Of a stretch of 32,000 nucleotides of DNA, positions 12,804 through 23,275 are shown piece by piece (within the stretch, counting starts at the first letter, position 1; each line of letters begins with the position of its first letter). The notes under the pieces are model-generated. The model worked only from the letters and a program-made list of their open reading frames with translations, was not told the origin of the DNA and did no database searches. Location of the stretch: NCBI GenBank assembly GCA_963706795.1, contig OY970170.1, forward strand, positions 120,001-152,000. Direction: 5' to 3'. Position numbers and translations under genes: made by a program. The stretch comes from Candidatus Saccharimonadota bacterium (GTDB taxonomy: Bacteria; Patescibacteriota; Gracilibacteria; BD1-5; UBA2023).

Positions 12804-13076
12804 CTAACGAACTGCTTCCTTGAGGGTCTTACCAGCGCGGAATACTGGAGACTTCATCGCAGGGATAGTAATCTTTGCGCGAGTCTTTGGGTTAACACCA
12901 TTGCGCTTTGCGCGGTGAGAAACCTTGAATGCACCAAAACCGGTAACATTAACTTCTTCACCCTTCTTGAGCTGAGAAGTGATAACAGCGATCATTGTGT
13001 TGAGCGCCTTTGTTGCAGCATCCTGGCTAAGTCCTGCCTTGGCAGCAACTTCCTTGATAAAATCCTGCTTTTTCAT
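12804..13076 (-). CDS. hup: DNA-binding protein HU
   Basis: MKKQDFIKEVAAKAGLSQ…GFGAFKVSHRAKRNGVNPKT…IPAMKSPVFRAGKTLKEAV is a canonical HU sequence. It stops on TAG. Confidence 0.93.
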   Translation of the reverse strand: MKKQDFIKEVAAKAGLSQDAATKALNTMIAVITSQLKKGEEVNVTGFGAFKVSHRAKRNGVNPKTRAKITIPAMKSPVFRAGKTLKEAVR

Positions 13077-13230
13077 AATGGTTACAGTTAGTTAGTAAAT
13101 AACCAAGTGGTATTATACATGAGTGGAAGCGATTGCAAGTAATTTTGGTGCTTTTTATCGCATCCCATAGCGGTTTGGCACTTTTTTAATGTTTTTTCGG
13201 TCAATTCCTAAACCCGAGAGATGGCTTGTA

Positions 13231-14736
13231 TTAGAGCGAAATACGCATGTACAGCGGTTCGCCCTTCTCTACAACATTAAATTCAGTTTTTTGACCAAAA
13301 GCCTGCTCCATTCCACCAGATTCGAGCAATTTTATGTCTGATTGAGCTCATACTCGACTGAGTAATTCTTGCATTTTGTCCCCAAAAAACGGAGAAAGTC
13401 CGATCGCAATAACCCGAAGTGCTTCCCCGACTTGGAAAAGAACATGTTCAAGATCCTTCATCTGAGACTCATCTTTCATCTCCCATGGCTTGGTCGTGTC
13501 GACGTATTTGTTGATCACATCACCAAAATCAAATGCCGCAGCAAGCGCGTCTCGCAAATCATATTTTTGCATAGAGAGCGTATATCGCTCTACGAAGGCT
13601 TCTTTAGCAACAGCAATCTCAGGCTCAAGATTCCCAGAAACTTTTCCGTCAATTTTGAGGGAGAGCACGATAAATCGATTAAGGAGATTTCCAATATTGT
13701 TCGCGAGCTTTGAATTAAAGGTCAAAATCGCTTCTTTTTCGGAATAATCCCCGTCCCCACCGATCGGGAAAGCCAAGAAGAGATAGAGCAGCAAGAAATC
13801 TCGACCGTATTTTTCGGTAACACTCAGTGGTGCAATCACATTTCCGAGGGATTTGGACATTTTTTGTCCTTCGACCGTAAAAAATCCGTGCGTGAGGATA
13901 TTTTTTGGAAGCTCCATTCCTGCAGCCATAAGCATTGCTGGCCAATAGATTGCATGAAATCGCACAATGTCCTTCCCGATGATATGCAGACTCGCCGGCC
14001 AAAATTCCTGTTCGTTCTCTCCGCAAATCGATACGTAATTAAAGAGCGCATCGTACCAAACATAGGTCACCTGCGTCGGATCAAAAGGAAGTGGAATCCC
14101 GAACTTATTCGTCTCACGTGAGATCGAGAAGTCCTCAAGACCCGATTTTACAAACTCGATAACTTCTCTAAATCGATACTCCGGCATTACAAAATCTGGC
14201 TGCGTCTCGTAGAGCTTGATGAGTGCATCCTGGTATTTTGAGAGTCGGAAGAAATAATTTTTTTCCTTTAGTAATTCAAGATCGCGATTTGGATGGAGCG
14301 GACAACGATTGTCAGGAGTGAGATCAGAGGCTTTCTTAAATCCTTCGCAGCCAATACAGTAGTAGCCTTCGTAGGTTCCCTCATAGATATCACCACGATC
14401 ATAAGTTTTTTGAAGTACCTCCTGCACGAGTTTTGCATGCGCTGGAGAAGTTGTTCGCACAAAGTCAGTATACGAAATCCCGAGCGCATCCCAGATAGCG
14501 CGGTGTTTGAGTGACATTTCGTCGAGGTATTCCATAACGGGTTTCCCGAGCTCGTTTGCTTTTTCGACAATTTTCTGCGAATTTTCGTCCACACCCGTAC
14601 TAAATTTGACTACGTCGCCCTGCATACGATGATACCGTGCAATCGTATCAGCAATAAGCGAAGTATAGGCATGCCCCACATGCGGAACATCGTTTGGATA
14701 GTAGATCGGCGTCGTGAGAAAAAAAGGTGTTTTCAT
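13231..14736 (-). CDS. metG: Methionyl-tRNA synthetase, 501 aa under table 25
   Basis: MKTPFFLTTPIYYPNDVPHVGHAYT (HIGH motif), a CxxC…C zinc knuckle and KMSKSLGN. The track end is TGA at 13348-13350. Read-through gives …LSRV-G-AQSD…GEPLYMRISL and ends on TAA at 13231-13233. The start is ATG at 14734-14736. Confidence 0.95.
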
Positions 14737-14961
14737 AGTGCTGGTAATAAAAAAGTCCACTTTACAGCGGACCCACAAAAAAGACCGCCAGAATTACGGG
14801 CGCATCATCATCACAGTCGGTCGAGAAAATTTCATGCAAGAAGCATAGCAAGAATGCCCGAAAGTGCAAGCGGAGTTGTTTATCAGAGATATACAACGAA
14901 TATATGGACAAAATGCTTCAAATCTTTATACATGGATACACCCAAACAAAAGGAGTACGAC

Positions 14962-15153
14962 ATGTCACAAATACCACAAAGCAAAACTGTACCAGACGAT
15001 CTCGTCCTTCATGCGCCGCGTCTCACTGGAGATAGAAATCTCGCACATGGTTGCGAAATCTGTGACGGCGACGATACCTGTACCTGTCCACATAAACAAT
15101 TCCGTGCAATTTGCGTTGGATGTGGCGGCAAATGGCCAGAATGCGCAAAATAA
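14962..15153 (+). CDS. Small Cys-rich protein, 63 aa
   Basis: The Shine-Dalgarno sequence AAAGGAG lies 7 nt before ATG 14962. The sequence is …HGCEICDGDDTCTCPHKQFRAICVGCGGKWPECAK, with 8 Cys in the last 33 aa. It stops on TAA and a hairpin follows. Confidence 0.5.
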   Translation: MSQIPQSKTVPDDLVLHAPRLTGDRNLAHGCEICDGDDTCTCPHKQFRAICVGCGGKWPECAK

Positions 15154-15186
15154 TGATCACTGCATTCCTTGGCTGTCACATATTTT

Positions 15187-15215
15187 AAAGGCTACGATTC
15201 TGTGGCCTTTTTATT
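15187..15215 (+). terminator. Terminator-like hairpin
   Basis: AAAGGCTAC-GATTC-TGTGGCCTTT (one G-U pair) followed by Ts. Confidence 0.5.
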
Positions 15216-15308
15216 TCGCCCGAAAGTCATAAAAAAGTTTTGACTCGAAGACGCTTTTTTATAACATACGCCCGCTTGCTGAGAGAAATCTCCGCAAACA
15301 TCCCATTT

Positions 15309-15383
15309 TCCTCGGTAGCTCAGTGGTAGAGCAGTTGGCTGTTAACCAATTGGTCGTCGGTTCGAATCCGCCCCGGGGAGCCA
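15309..15383 (+). tRNA. tRNA-Asn (anticodon GTT) with encoded CCA
   Basis: Cloverleaf read by eye. Acceptor stem TCCTCGG/CCGGGGA, D-arm GCTC-AGTGGTA-GAGC, anticodon stem-loop GTTGG-CTGTTAA-CCAAT, T-arm with GGTTCGAATCC, and a 3' GCCA end. Confidence 0.9.
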
Positions 15384-15397
15384 TAGATAATCAAAAC

Positions 15398-15432
15398 AAT
15401 AATCCCGTGTTCTTCAAAGTTCACGGGATTAT
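15398..15432 (+). terminator. Hairpin after the tRNA
   Basis: 12-bp stem AATAATCCCGTG / CACGGGATTATT. The T-run that follows is weak. Confidence 0.45.
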
Positions 15433-15474
15433 TGCATTTCATCTAAACGATCCTAACATGAAGCAAACTCAACC

Positions 15475-16395
15475 ATGCACTCCAATCTCACAAAAATCTT
15501 CGAAACTCTCTGACTCCCTTCAGTGAGTTCCATCAGGGAAATAGAAATAGGCTTCACCAACAAGGTCTACTCCGTAAATGAGCAGTATATCGTAAAACTC
15601 TGCACGAAAGCCGAAAACGAAGCTTCTTTCGAAAAGGAGACATTTCTCTATCGGTTGTTTTCCGAAAAGCTTCCCGTCCCGAAGATCATTCATTTCGACA
15701 ACTCCAAGACGCTCATCGACTACGATTACTACGTCTGTAACAAGATCGAAGGCGGCAACCTGTATTCGGTTTGGCACACGCTGAGCGAGGAGGAGAGGAA
15801 AGCTGTGATCGGAGAACTCTGCGGTTACTTGAAAATCATCAATTCGCACGAAGCGGACGAATTCATTGCGGCATACGGAAAACCAGAGGGCACATGGCAG
15901 GAGCGGATCATGAACGAAATCTCAGGGCTTCTCGAGGAAGTCGAAAAGAGAGCTATTTTGGATGCTGAGACACTTGGTGTCATTAGGAAATATATCGATG
16001 AAAATCAGGACGCGCTTCGCGAGGAAAAGTTTGGCATCGTTTACTGGGACGTGCACTTTGACAACATTCTCGTAAAGGATGGGAAGATAACGGGAATTCT
16101 GGATTTCGAAGGGTCTGAACTCATGTCGATCGACTACGTTTTGGATTTGGCCAACAGGATGCAGAATTATCCAGCCATATATGCCTCAAGAGATGAAGAT
16201 GAGGAAAACATACGAGTCGAGGATTACGCGAATATTATGCAGTATTACTCGGAGTTCTATCCTGAGCTGTTTGATTTCGATGACATCAAAAAACGGATCG
16301 CACTGTACGCAATCCGTTACGATCTGCGGCTTTTGCTGAAGTTTCCAAATTCGGAGGATCTGAAGGAGAGACTGCTTGGAAATCTGGCAGACTAA
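15475..16395 (+). CDS. Phosphotransferase (APH/choline-kinase family) protein, 306 aa
   Basis: GFTNKVYSV, a Brenner-like motif VYWDVHFDNILV and ITGILDFE. The N-terminus extends to ATG 15475 through TGA 15511-15513 (MHSNLTKIFETL-G-LPSVSSIREI…). It stops on TAA. Confidence 0.8.
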
Positions 16396-16548
16396 CCACA
16401 GTACGAGAACAACTGAGGTGTAAAATATCTATTACTATTTCAGCACAGGAATGTACACCAATCTAACCATGCTCTTAGGAAAATTCTTGAGGTTACGTTA
16501 GACCATTTTCATATACTTTCTTTACTTACACGAAGTATTCTATAGGAT

Positions 16549-16575
16549 AAAAATGTAAAGTTAACTTTACATTTT
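16549..16575. terminator. Bidirectional hairpin in an AT-rich spacer
   Basis: AAAAATGTAAAGT-TAA-CTTTACATTTTT. Confidence 0.45.
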
Positions 16576-16596
16576 TGTTCATTCATTTTAGTAAAT

Positions 16597-16989
16597 ATGA
16601 GGCAGGAGATTCAAAAAAGTACTCTATATATCCTAAAAATTCTTGTCTGAGCCTTGGTTCTTGGATGAACTACAGGGATCACGCTATTCCTCTCCGAAAT
16701 GCCATTGGATTCACGAATGAAACCACTCATAATTGTTTGTGCGACACTGGTTTTATTGGGATATATCCTCATTGGAATCCGTATATATCACCGCATGGAT
16801 GAGCTAGAACAGAGTTTTTATGCTAAGGCATGTATGAATGCTATAGGACTCATTTTCCCTCTTCTCTTTATAGCAGGCATACTCGAGGCCGAAAATATTA
16901 TACCGCATATAAATACTCTCTGGATATCCCTCTTTTTAGTATTGACCCTTTCTATTAACGTAATGCTCGTTGACCGAAAATACCGCTAA
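16597..16989 (+). CDS. Small multi-pass membrane protein, 130 aa under table 25
   Basis: Track ORF 16699..16989 extends in frame to ATG 16597 through TGA 16648 and TGA 16666. This adds a TM helix (STLYILKILV-G-ALVLG-G-TTGITLFL). There are 3-4 hydrophobic helices in total. It stops on TAA. Confidence 0.6.
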
Positions 16990-17019
16990 ACCATATTTAA
17001 ATAATAGCCCCGCTCTCTC

Positions 17020-18048
17020 ATGTCTACCATTCTTGTAACTGGAGCATCTGGATATCTTGCGTCTTGGATCGTAGAATGACTTCTTCGCTCCGGACATACC
17101 GTACATGGAACTGTTCGCGATCTCAATGATGTCTCCAAATATTCACACTTAGAAAGTCTCGCAAAAGAGCTTCCTGGAAAGCTCCAATTATTTGCAGCAG
17201 ATCTACTTAAAGAAGGAAGTTTTTTTGAAAGTATGCAAGGCTGTGAAGTGGTTATTCATACTGCATCCCCTTATTTTCTTACCAAGCCAAAAGATTTAGA
17301 AAATGAGCTGCTTCGTCCTGCAATTGATGGCACACGAAATGTTCTGAGTTCAGTAAATATGACACCAAGTGTTCGGCGAGTTGTTCTCACAAGTAGCATT
17401 GTTACTTTATACAATAATCTAGCTGACATCTATCCAAATTCCGTAGACGAATTTGGAGAAAACAAAAATACAAACCCATTATATAATTCTTATGCCTACT
17501 CAAAGACACTTGCCGAGGCAACCGCAGTCGAAATGCAGGAGAAGCAGCAAAATTGGGACTTAGTAACGATTCATCCAGGCGCAATTTTTGGTCCATCACT
17601 CTCAAAACGTATTGATGCCACGAGCATTGATATGATGTGTAATTTTATTAAATGATCTTTCAAAAGTGGCGTACCAAGGCTTACGCTTGGGGTCGTCGAT
17701 GTCCGTGATGTTGCAGAAGCTCATATACAATCAGCACTCAGACCAGCTGCAGAAGGGAGATATATAGTCGTTGCAAAAAGCCTAACACTTCTCGATATCG
17801 CAAAATCTATTGATCTTCATGGAAGCAATATTCCAGATAAACTTCCAAAGTCAGAAATCCCAAAACCAATAATATGGCTTATGGCTCCGCTTATCTGAAT
17901 GCAGCGAAAATATGTCGCTCGCAATGTAGGCTATCCGATCATTTTTAATGCAAAAAAAAGTGAGCAAGGACTTGGTCTCGTGTACAGGAACACAAAAACC
18001 ACTCTCAATGATCACGTTACACAACTCATCTCTGCCAATATCATATAG
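17020..18048 (+). CDS. NAD(P)-dependent SDR-family oxidoreductase (extended SDR, cinnamoyl-CoA or dihydroflavonol reductase-like), 342 aa
   Basis: MSTILVTGASGYLASWIVE (Rossmann TGxxGxxG), the catalytic YxxxK motif (YAYSK) and three in-frame TGA codons. Track fragment 17233..17655 is in the same frame. It stops on TAG at 18046-18048. Confidence 0.8.
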
Positions 18049-18054
18049 TACTCT

Positions 18055-18279
18055 ATGAAAAACTCCCTCAAGAATCTGAGACAGGTACGTTTGATCGGTC
18101 AGAGCGAACTCGCAGATATACTCGATGTAAGTCGTCAAACAATCCACTCAATCGAAACTGGTAAGTATGACCCCAGCCTCTTACTCGCCTTTAAGATCGC
18201 ACATTTCTTTTGAGTAGATATTAGAGATGTATTCGAACCAGAACTCGGCAATATTGATAAATGAGACTCGCAGAAATAG
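18055..18279 (+). CDS. XRE-family helix-turn-helix transcriptional regulator, 74 aa
   Basis: LRQVRLIGQSELADILDVSRQTIHSIETGKYDPSLLLAFKIAHFF-G-VDIRDVF is a Cro/C1-type HTH. It contains two in-frame TGA codons and stops on TAG at 18277-18279. It is not in the standard-code track. Confidence 0.75.
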
Positions 18280-18317
18280 GCTTCACAAAGAAGGTCTGTG
18301 CCATGCTGCTCATTCCC

Positions 18318-18884
18318 CTACTCCCCCTTCCTATAATACAATGTCACCAACCCTGATTTAAAAGCTTTCTCTTCAATTAACCTAAGCTTTATCGCGTCCT
18401 TCACTCCTTCAAACAAAAACTTCCCACTCCCGAGTACTACAGGACTCACCGAGAGATGATATTCATCGACCAACCCAAGTTTTATGAGTGCATTTGCGAC
18501 TGTAGGACTTCCAAAGATGGTGATATTCTTCCCTGGCTTCTGCTTTAGGCTCACAATTTCTTCCTCAATATTTTCGCTAATAATCCTCGTGTTATTCCAG
18601 TCAGGAACAGTCATGGATTTTGAAAACACTATTTTTTCTACCCCCTCGATCCAACGTGCATGCTCGAGCTCATGAGGTGAGGCATTTGGATTTGATGGCA
18701 CGGTTTGCCAGTATTTCATTAATTCATAAGTAACACGTCCATAGATAGTCGTGTCCGTGGCTTGTACAATGGACTCTGCCCACTTTTCTAATTCTTCGTC
18801 ATAAGCAATCCAGTCCAGCATGCCATTTGGTGCTGCAGCAATGCCGTCGAGCGAGAGGTGACAAAAGACGATAAGCTTTCTCAT
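18318..18884 (-). CDS. Dihydrofolate reductase-like protein (RibD C-terminal domain family)
   Basis: MRKLIVFCHLSLDGIAAAPNG…IYGRVTYELM…ITIFGSPTVANALIKLGLVDEYHLSVSPVVLGSGKFLF fits the family pattern. The start is the internal ATG at 18882-18884. It stops on TAG. Confidence 0.75.
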   Translation of the reverse strand: MRKLIVFCHLSLDGIAAAPNGMLDWIAYDEELEKWAESIVQATDTTIYGRVTYELMKYWQTVPSNPNASPHELEHARWIEGVEKIVFSKSMTVPDWNNTRIISENIEEEIVSLKQKPGKNITIFGSPTVANALIKLGLVDEYHLSVSPVVLGSGKFLFEGVKDAIKLRLIEEKAFKSGLVTLYYRKGE

Positions 18885-19014
18885 ATGGTTTTGAGTTAAT
18901 ACTGGATACGAAGAGTAATTTTTTAGAGATTGGGATGTATTTTTTGAAGAGAAATACACAGGCCCAACACCGTAGTAATACAACTGAAAAGAGGTTATTT
19001 CTGACCTCTTTTTC

Positions 19015-19275
19015 TTACGATGAAGCCCGAGTCTGACTCTTTCGCTTCTCAAGGACCGTCCTGACATACAGCCCCTGTACTTGGAGTCGTGCCCATTCAG
19101 TCTTTCGGAGAAATTTGAGACTCGAAGCCTTACTTGGATTGCTGGCGAAGCAGTTGATATTGATCATTTCGGCGAGCTCCTCAAATCCATACTCTTCGAC
19201 CAAATAATCCAAGATCATAACAAGGGTTACACCGTGCAAAACTGCATCATTTCTATTGTTCGTGGTTGTGTTCAT
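19015..19275 (-). CDS. VF530/DUF2132-like small DNA-binding protein
   Basis: LHGVTLVMILDYLVEEYGFEELAEMININCFASNPSKASSLKFLRKTEWARLQVQGLY fits the pattern of that family, from memory. Confidence 0.6.
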   Translation of the reverse strand: MNTTTNNRNDAVLHGVTLVMILDYLVEEYGFEELAEMININCFASNPSKASSLKFLRKTEWARLQVQGLYVRTVLEKRKSQTRASS

Positions 19276-19293
19276 GCTTGGTAAAAATATCTA

Positions 19294-19740
19294 CTAGTTA
19301 ATTCCTTCTACGCACTTTTTGAAGTTCTCAAGTATCATCTGCCATCCTGCAGTCTGCATTTCGTGAGGATTTTGGTCTTCAGCATCAAATACTTCGGTGA
19401 CTTTGATGCCTTCAGATGTCTCCTCAAGCGTCACGTCCACGACCCGTCCTGCGTCGGTAAATGTGGATTCTTTGAGTTCACCAAGTGTATAGCTCATGCT
19501 CTTTTGGGGCTCAACCGATATATATTGGGCGCTGAGATCAAAACCAAAGCTGCCATCACGAGCTTCCATTCGAGTTGTAAATGTTTCTCCGATTTTTGGA
19601 GAGTCTCATTTAGCCCACGGACAATGCCATGTTGCCTCATCAGCAAATGCCCAATGAACGATATGCACAGGATTCCAGAGTGCATCCCAAACCTGTTCGA
19701 GTGGAGCCTGGATGGTGGTGGAGACGGTAAGTTTTGTCAT
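19294..19740 (-). CDS. SRPBCC-superfamily protein (AHSA1/START-like), 148 aa under table 25
   Basis: MTKLTVSTTIQAPLEQVWDALWNPVHIVHW… continues through TGA 19606-19608 into track ORF 19294..19569. It stops on TAG. Confidence 0.7.
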
Positions 19741-19866
19741 ATTGAGGATGATGAGAATGTAGGACTGAGATGGGTTTTGTAGAATATATTACTAATATGA
19801 TTTTAAACTACTTCATTTATAGTTAAAGTTCTAAAAACAGATTATCTCCAGATACCCATAACATCT

Positions 19867-20604
19867 ATGAAAAATATCATTTCTGTAGTCTTAATAAGCG
19901 CCACTCTCCTTGGTATTGCCTTTCTTTTTTCCACGCCACTTAAGCACTATGTAGGGCGCAATGATACGATTAGTGTCACTGGTCTTGGTGAACAGGAATT
20001 TGATGCTGATGTTGTACATTGGAATGTCTATTTTTCACGCAAAGCAGCCACTCTTCAGGAGGGCTCTAGCGCACTCAAGTCAGATGAAGCCGCGATACGT
20101 AAATATATGACATCGCGCAATATTCGTGAAGATATGATTTCTGCGGGAACTATTTCTTTCTCTCAAGAATTCACAAATACTACGGATGCAAAAGGCCAGA
20201 CCACCAGTGTCTTTAATGGGTATACTTTCTCGCAGTCGCTTACAGTATCAGCCGAAAAATCTACAGATCTCGACCATGTAGAAGCGGTTTCAAAGTCTAT
20301 CACAGAGCTTCTCTGACAAGGAATCGGAATTTCTTCATCCACTCCAGAATACATCTATACAAAATTGGCAGATCTCAAGATTAATTTGATTGCCAAAGCT
20401 TCCAGCGACGCACATTCTCGAGCCGAGCAAATCGCCAAAAACAGCGGAATGGATCTCGATAGACTCAAAAGCGCTGTTATCGGTGTACTTCAGATTACAG
20501 CCAAAAATTCTTCGGAAGCATATAGCGATATCGGGGCTTACAACACAGATTCTCGCAAGAAAGTAGCAGCGATCACGATTAAAACTCAGTACGAAATGCG
20601 ATAG
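19867..20604 (+). CDS. SIMPL-domain (DUF541) periplasmic or secreted protein, 245 aa under table 25
   Basis: It has an N-terminal signal anchor. Track ORFs 19867..20316 and 20365..20604 share a frame and are joined via TGA 20314-20316. The …ADLKINLIAKASSDAHSRAEQIAKNSG… segment is typical of SIMPL. Confidence 0.7.
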
Positions 20605-20683
20605 GCAATTGAGTGCTTTACGGACGTATGCAAGAGAGTAATTCGCAAGTTACATTGACAATATTTAACTGATCTTTAAATTA

Positions 20684-20715
20684 AAATAGTCCTCCAAAAT
20701 TGGAGGACTATTTTC
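20684..20715 (+). terminator. Rho-independent terminator
   Basis: Hairpin AATAGTCCTCCA-AAAT-TGGAGGACTATT followed by Ts. Confidence 0.65.
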
Positions 20716-20737
20716 AAACCAAAACAAAGGAATTTAC

Positions 20738-21493
20738 ATGAAATCTCGCCTAATCGCGACAATATTTGCTGGCCTTGCTTTTGCTGGTTCGGCTCATGCA
20801 GAACGCGTGATCCTTAATCAGTCAAAACTCGCAGTAAGTAGTCCTTTCTGGCCATACTTACCACATTTTTGGGAATTTGATCCAACAGAAAATCCTCCAG
20901 TAAATGGTATTTCCAAGTATGCTTGTGGGCATGCTGCATTGAAAGTTGCTGCACAATATGTATCGGGGAAATCTATAACTATCCCCGAATTACACACATA
21001 CTTTTCCGCTAACTACCAAACTTATGCGCTAGATCAGCGATGTGGCCAAAATGATTGGCATAAGGGCTATTTCTGTGCAAATCTCTACGACATGGAGGCA
21101 GCAGCTAAGCGACAGCTTAATTTACCAAACAGTAAACTGCATCTGGAAAGTCCTCGTTATATTAATGGACTTCCTAATTATGCAGCCTTCCTACAAAAGG
21201 TGAAGGACGGTGTGCGGAATAATTTCCCTGTAATTACCAGCTCTGGCTGGCAGGGAAATATGTCCTGGGGACACATGTTTGTAATTGTGGGCTTCAACAC
21301 CGATAATACAAGTCGGCCTGAAGACGCATGGCTTTTTATACGCGATGTAAAGGATCAAACCGCCACTTCAAAAGAAATGGATGACTGGGTCACAGTAAAG
21401 GAATTTGTTGACGCCATGAAAGGTACTCAATTAGGCAGAACATACGATTGGCAACCAGAAAATGGTTTTCAATTCTTATTCGTTAAGCCATAA
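20738..21493 (+). CDS. Secreted papain-fold cysteine peptidase candidate (peptidase C39-like)
   Basis: Signal peptide MKSRLIATIFAGLAFAGSAHA/E. Candidate nucleophile in YACGHAALKVAAQY, and a candidate His in WGHMFVIVGFN followed by FIRD. It stops on TAA and a terminator follows. Confidence 0.55.
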   Translation: MKSRLIATIFAGLAFAGSAHAERVILNQSKLAVSSPFWPYLPHFWEFDPTENPPVNGISKYACGHAALKVAAQYVSGKSITIPELHTYFSANYQTYALDQRCGQNDWHKGYFCANLYDMEAAAKRQLNLPNSKLHLESPRYINGLPNYAAFLQKVKDGVRNNFPVITSSGWQGNMSWGHMFVIVGFNTDNTSRPEDAWLFIRDVKDQTATSKEMDDWVTVKEFVDAMKGTQLGRTYDWQPENGFQFLFVKP

Positions 21494-21523
21494 TTTGCTA
21501 GCGTAAGACATATCGCTATATTT

Positions 21524-21556
21524 GAAGTCTAGATTAAATCTAGACTTCTTTTTTTG
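21524..21556 (+). terminator. Rho-independent terminator
   Basis: Hairpin GAAGTCTAGATT-AA-ATCTAGACTTC followed by T8. Confidence 0.7.
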
Positions 21557-21570
21557 ATCACAAAATTCCC

Positions 21571-22203
21571 ATGAAACAAAACCAAATACTTACAATTATT
21601 GCGATTTCAGTCTTGATTACATGACTTCTCGTATTCTTATGGAATTCTCCCTTGCGTTCAATAGATCAAACACATATAAATTCATGAAATAATAACCATT
21701 CTGAATCTCCTAAAATCAACGAAACAATTCCATCACCGGATTCGAATGGTAAACTTACACTCGCTGTATCTGATACTGCTTTATTTTACGGCACGCTCAA
21801 ACAAGATAGAGAAAAGATGGAAAAGATATTCCAGACATATTCTGGCACACTAATGGAATTCACTGTGAGTTTTGAACCAATTGGAGCGAACGGTAAAATA
21901 GGTACTTACGATGAAGATTTCCTCAAGAGCTTATTAAATACACCTTCACAAGTAGTATATATTAAGAATACAAGAGGACTCACCATTAGCACTCACGAAC
22001 TAGAACTTTTTAATAAATTTACACAAAATAAAAAACGAATTTTTCTCGAGGGCAATGTCTCCCTTGCAAGTGAAGAATGGGCACAGTGTAAAGAAATAGT
22101 AAGCAAAAATGTGCATCTTCTCTCGCAGATGAGTACTGTCTTAGAGAATAGGAATGTTACTGAAATCTGTAGTGAAAAGCCGGTGCTGCTTTTTAAGAAA
22201 TAG
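21571..22203 (+). CDS. Membrane-anchored hypothetical protein, 210 aa under table 25
   Basis: ATG 21571. N-terminal TM helix ILTIIAISVLIT-G-LLVFLW. Two TGA codons precede track ORF 21817..22203 in the same frame. It stops on TAG. Confidence 0.6.
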
Positions 22204-22320
22204 AGTCTATAGTCCATTTATTCAAAGCTTAAACCTTCTTTGTAACTGGGCATATACAAAAAACAGCCTCACCACGCTAAAAAAACCCTTTAATACTCAA
22301 AATTACTATCTCATCAGTAT

Positions 22321-23172
22321 TTAATTACTCTCCTTCTTTAAAATCATAAAGAGCGAACACCATCCAAAAAGCGCCTCAAACAGAAAATAGCCGGATAAAA
22401 AGATGAGCGCTAAATTCCATGAAGTAGAAATCGCTATAAAAAGAATCAGCACTGAGAAAACTATGCGCATCCAGCAATCAAAGGTACTAATATTTCTCGC
22501 GCCTATTTTAAGGTTTTGTGGATAGATCTTCCTAAGAAGGATCTTGAGAAGCATGCCAAAAGCAAAAGCAAGCACGAACAAGATCACAATCGTTCACCAG
22601 CCAAGCGGCGAGAGAATAAAATTTATAGGTGATTCATTAAAGAAATCACGTTTGATTTTTGGTACCAATGAAAGTGCATTTATGGTTTCCCGAAGATCAA
22701 AATTCTCAATCTCTCCTACTGCCAGAGAATATTTACTCGTATTATCCTGACTCGTTACACGAATTTCATATGATCAAGAACCTGCTTTTGATCGGTATTC
22801 GGTTCATTGCCAATAGGCATCATAACCGAATGGCTCAAACATATACTTCCATTGAGCATTCGAGCCACCCAAAATAGCTAATGGATGTGTGTAATCTCTG
22901 TTCTTAAAAATGGTAGCTGTCACATCCTTGTTTTGTCCGAGAATATCTGGCACCAAGATATTAACATAGAGGTCAAAAGATTCCTGTGAATCAATAGTAT
23001 ATATCTGGGGCTCACCTGATAGCTTTGCGTAGTAGGCTTTGGATATCTCAGGGGCATCAACAATGGTATTTGACTGATCTGGAATTCTTGGCTGATGTGC
23101 AAGTGCCACAGGGACAAATAAACAACACGCAAGCACAATACACCGACGGAGGTTCTTAAGAGGATATTGCAT
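22321..23172 (-). CDS. Secreted domain fused to a C-terminal DUF2892/YgaP-like two-TM domain, 283 aa under table 25
   Basis: Track ORFs 22804..23172 and 22321..22587 share a frame. Three TGA codons (22804, 22774, 22594) and no TAA or TAG lie between them. The signal peptide ends …VPVALA/HQPR. The C-terminus (…FDCWMRIVFSVLILF…GYFLFEALFGWCSLF) resembles DUF2892. Confidence 0.6.
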
Positions 23173-23275
23173 AGTAAGATGTTTAGGATCTTCCGCATCC
23201 TCAACTTCCTCCGCGCGGTATATGAAGACATGAGAGTATACTCAGAATAAACCAAAGTCATATTAACAAACAGCC

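Noticed and set aside
14629-14961. The 5' two-thirds of the 174-aa ORF 14629..15153.
   Set aside because: It overlaps the metG N-terminus on the opposite strand. A Shine-Dalgarno sequence and ATG at 14962 define a much shorter, more plausible gene.
16575-16802. A 75-aa plus-strand ORF upstream of the membrane-protein gene.
   Set aside because: It is in a different frame from the table-25 extension (16597..16989), which gives a coherent extra TM helix. This ORF's sequence is not protein-like.
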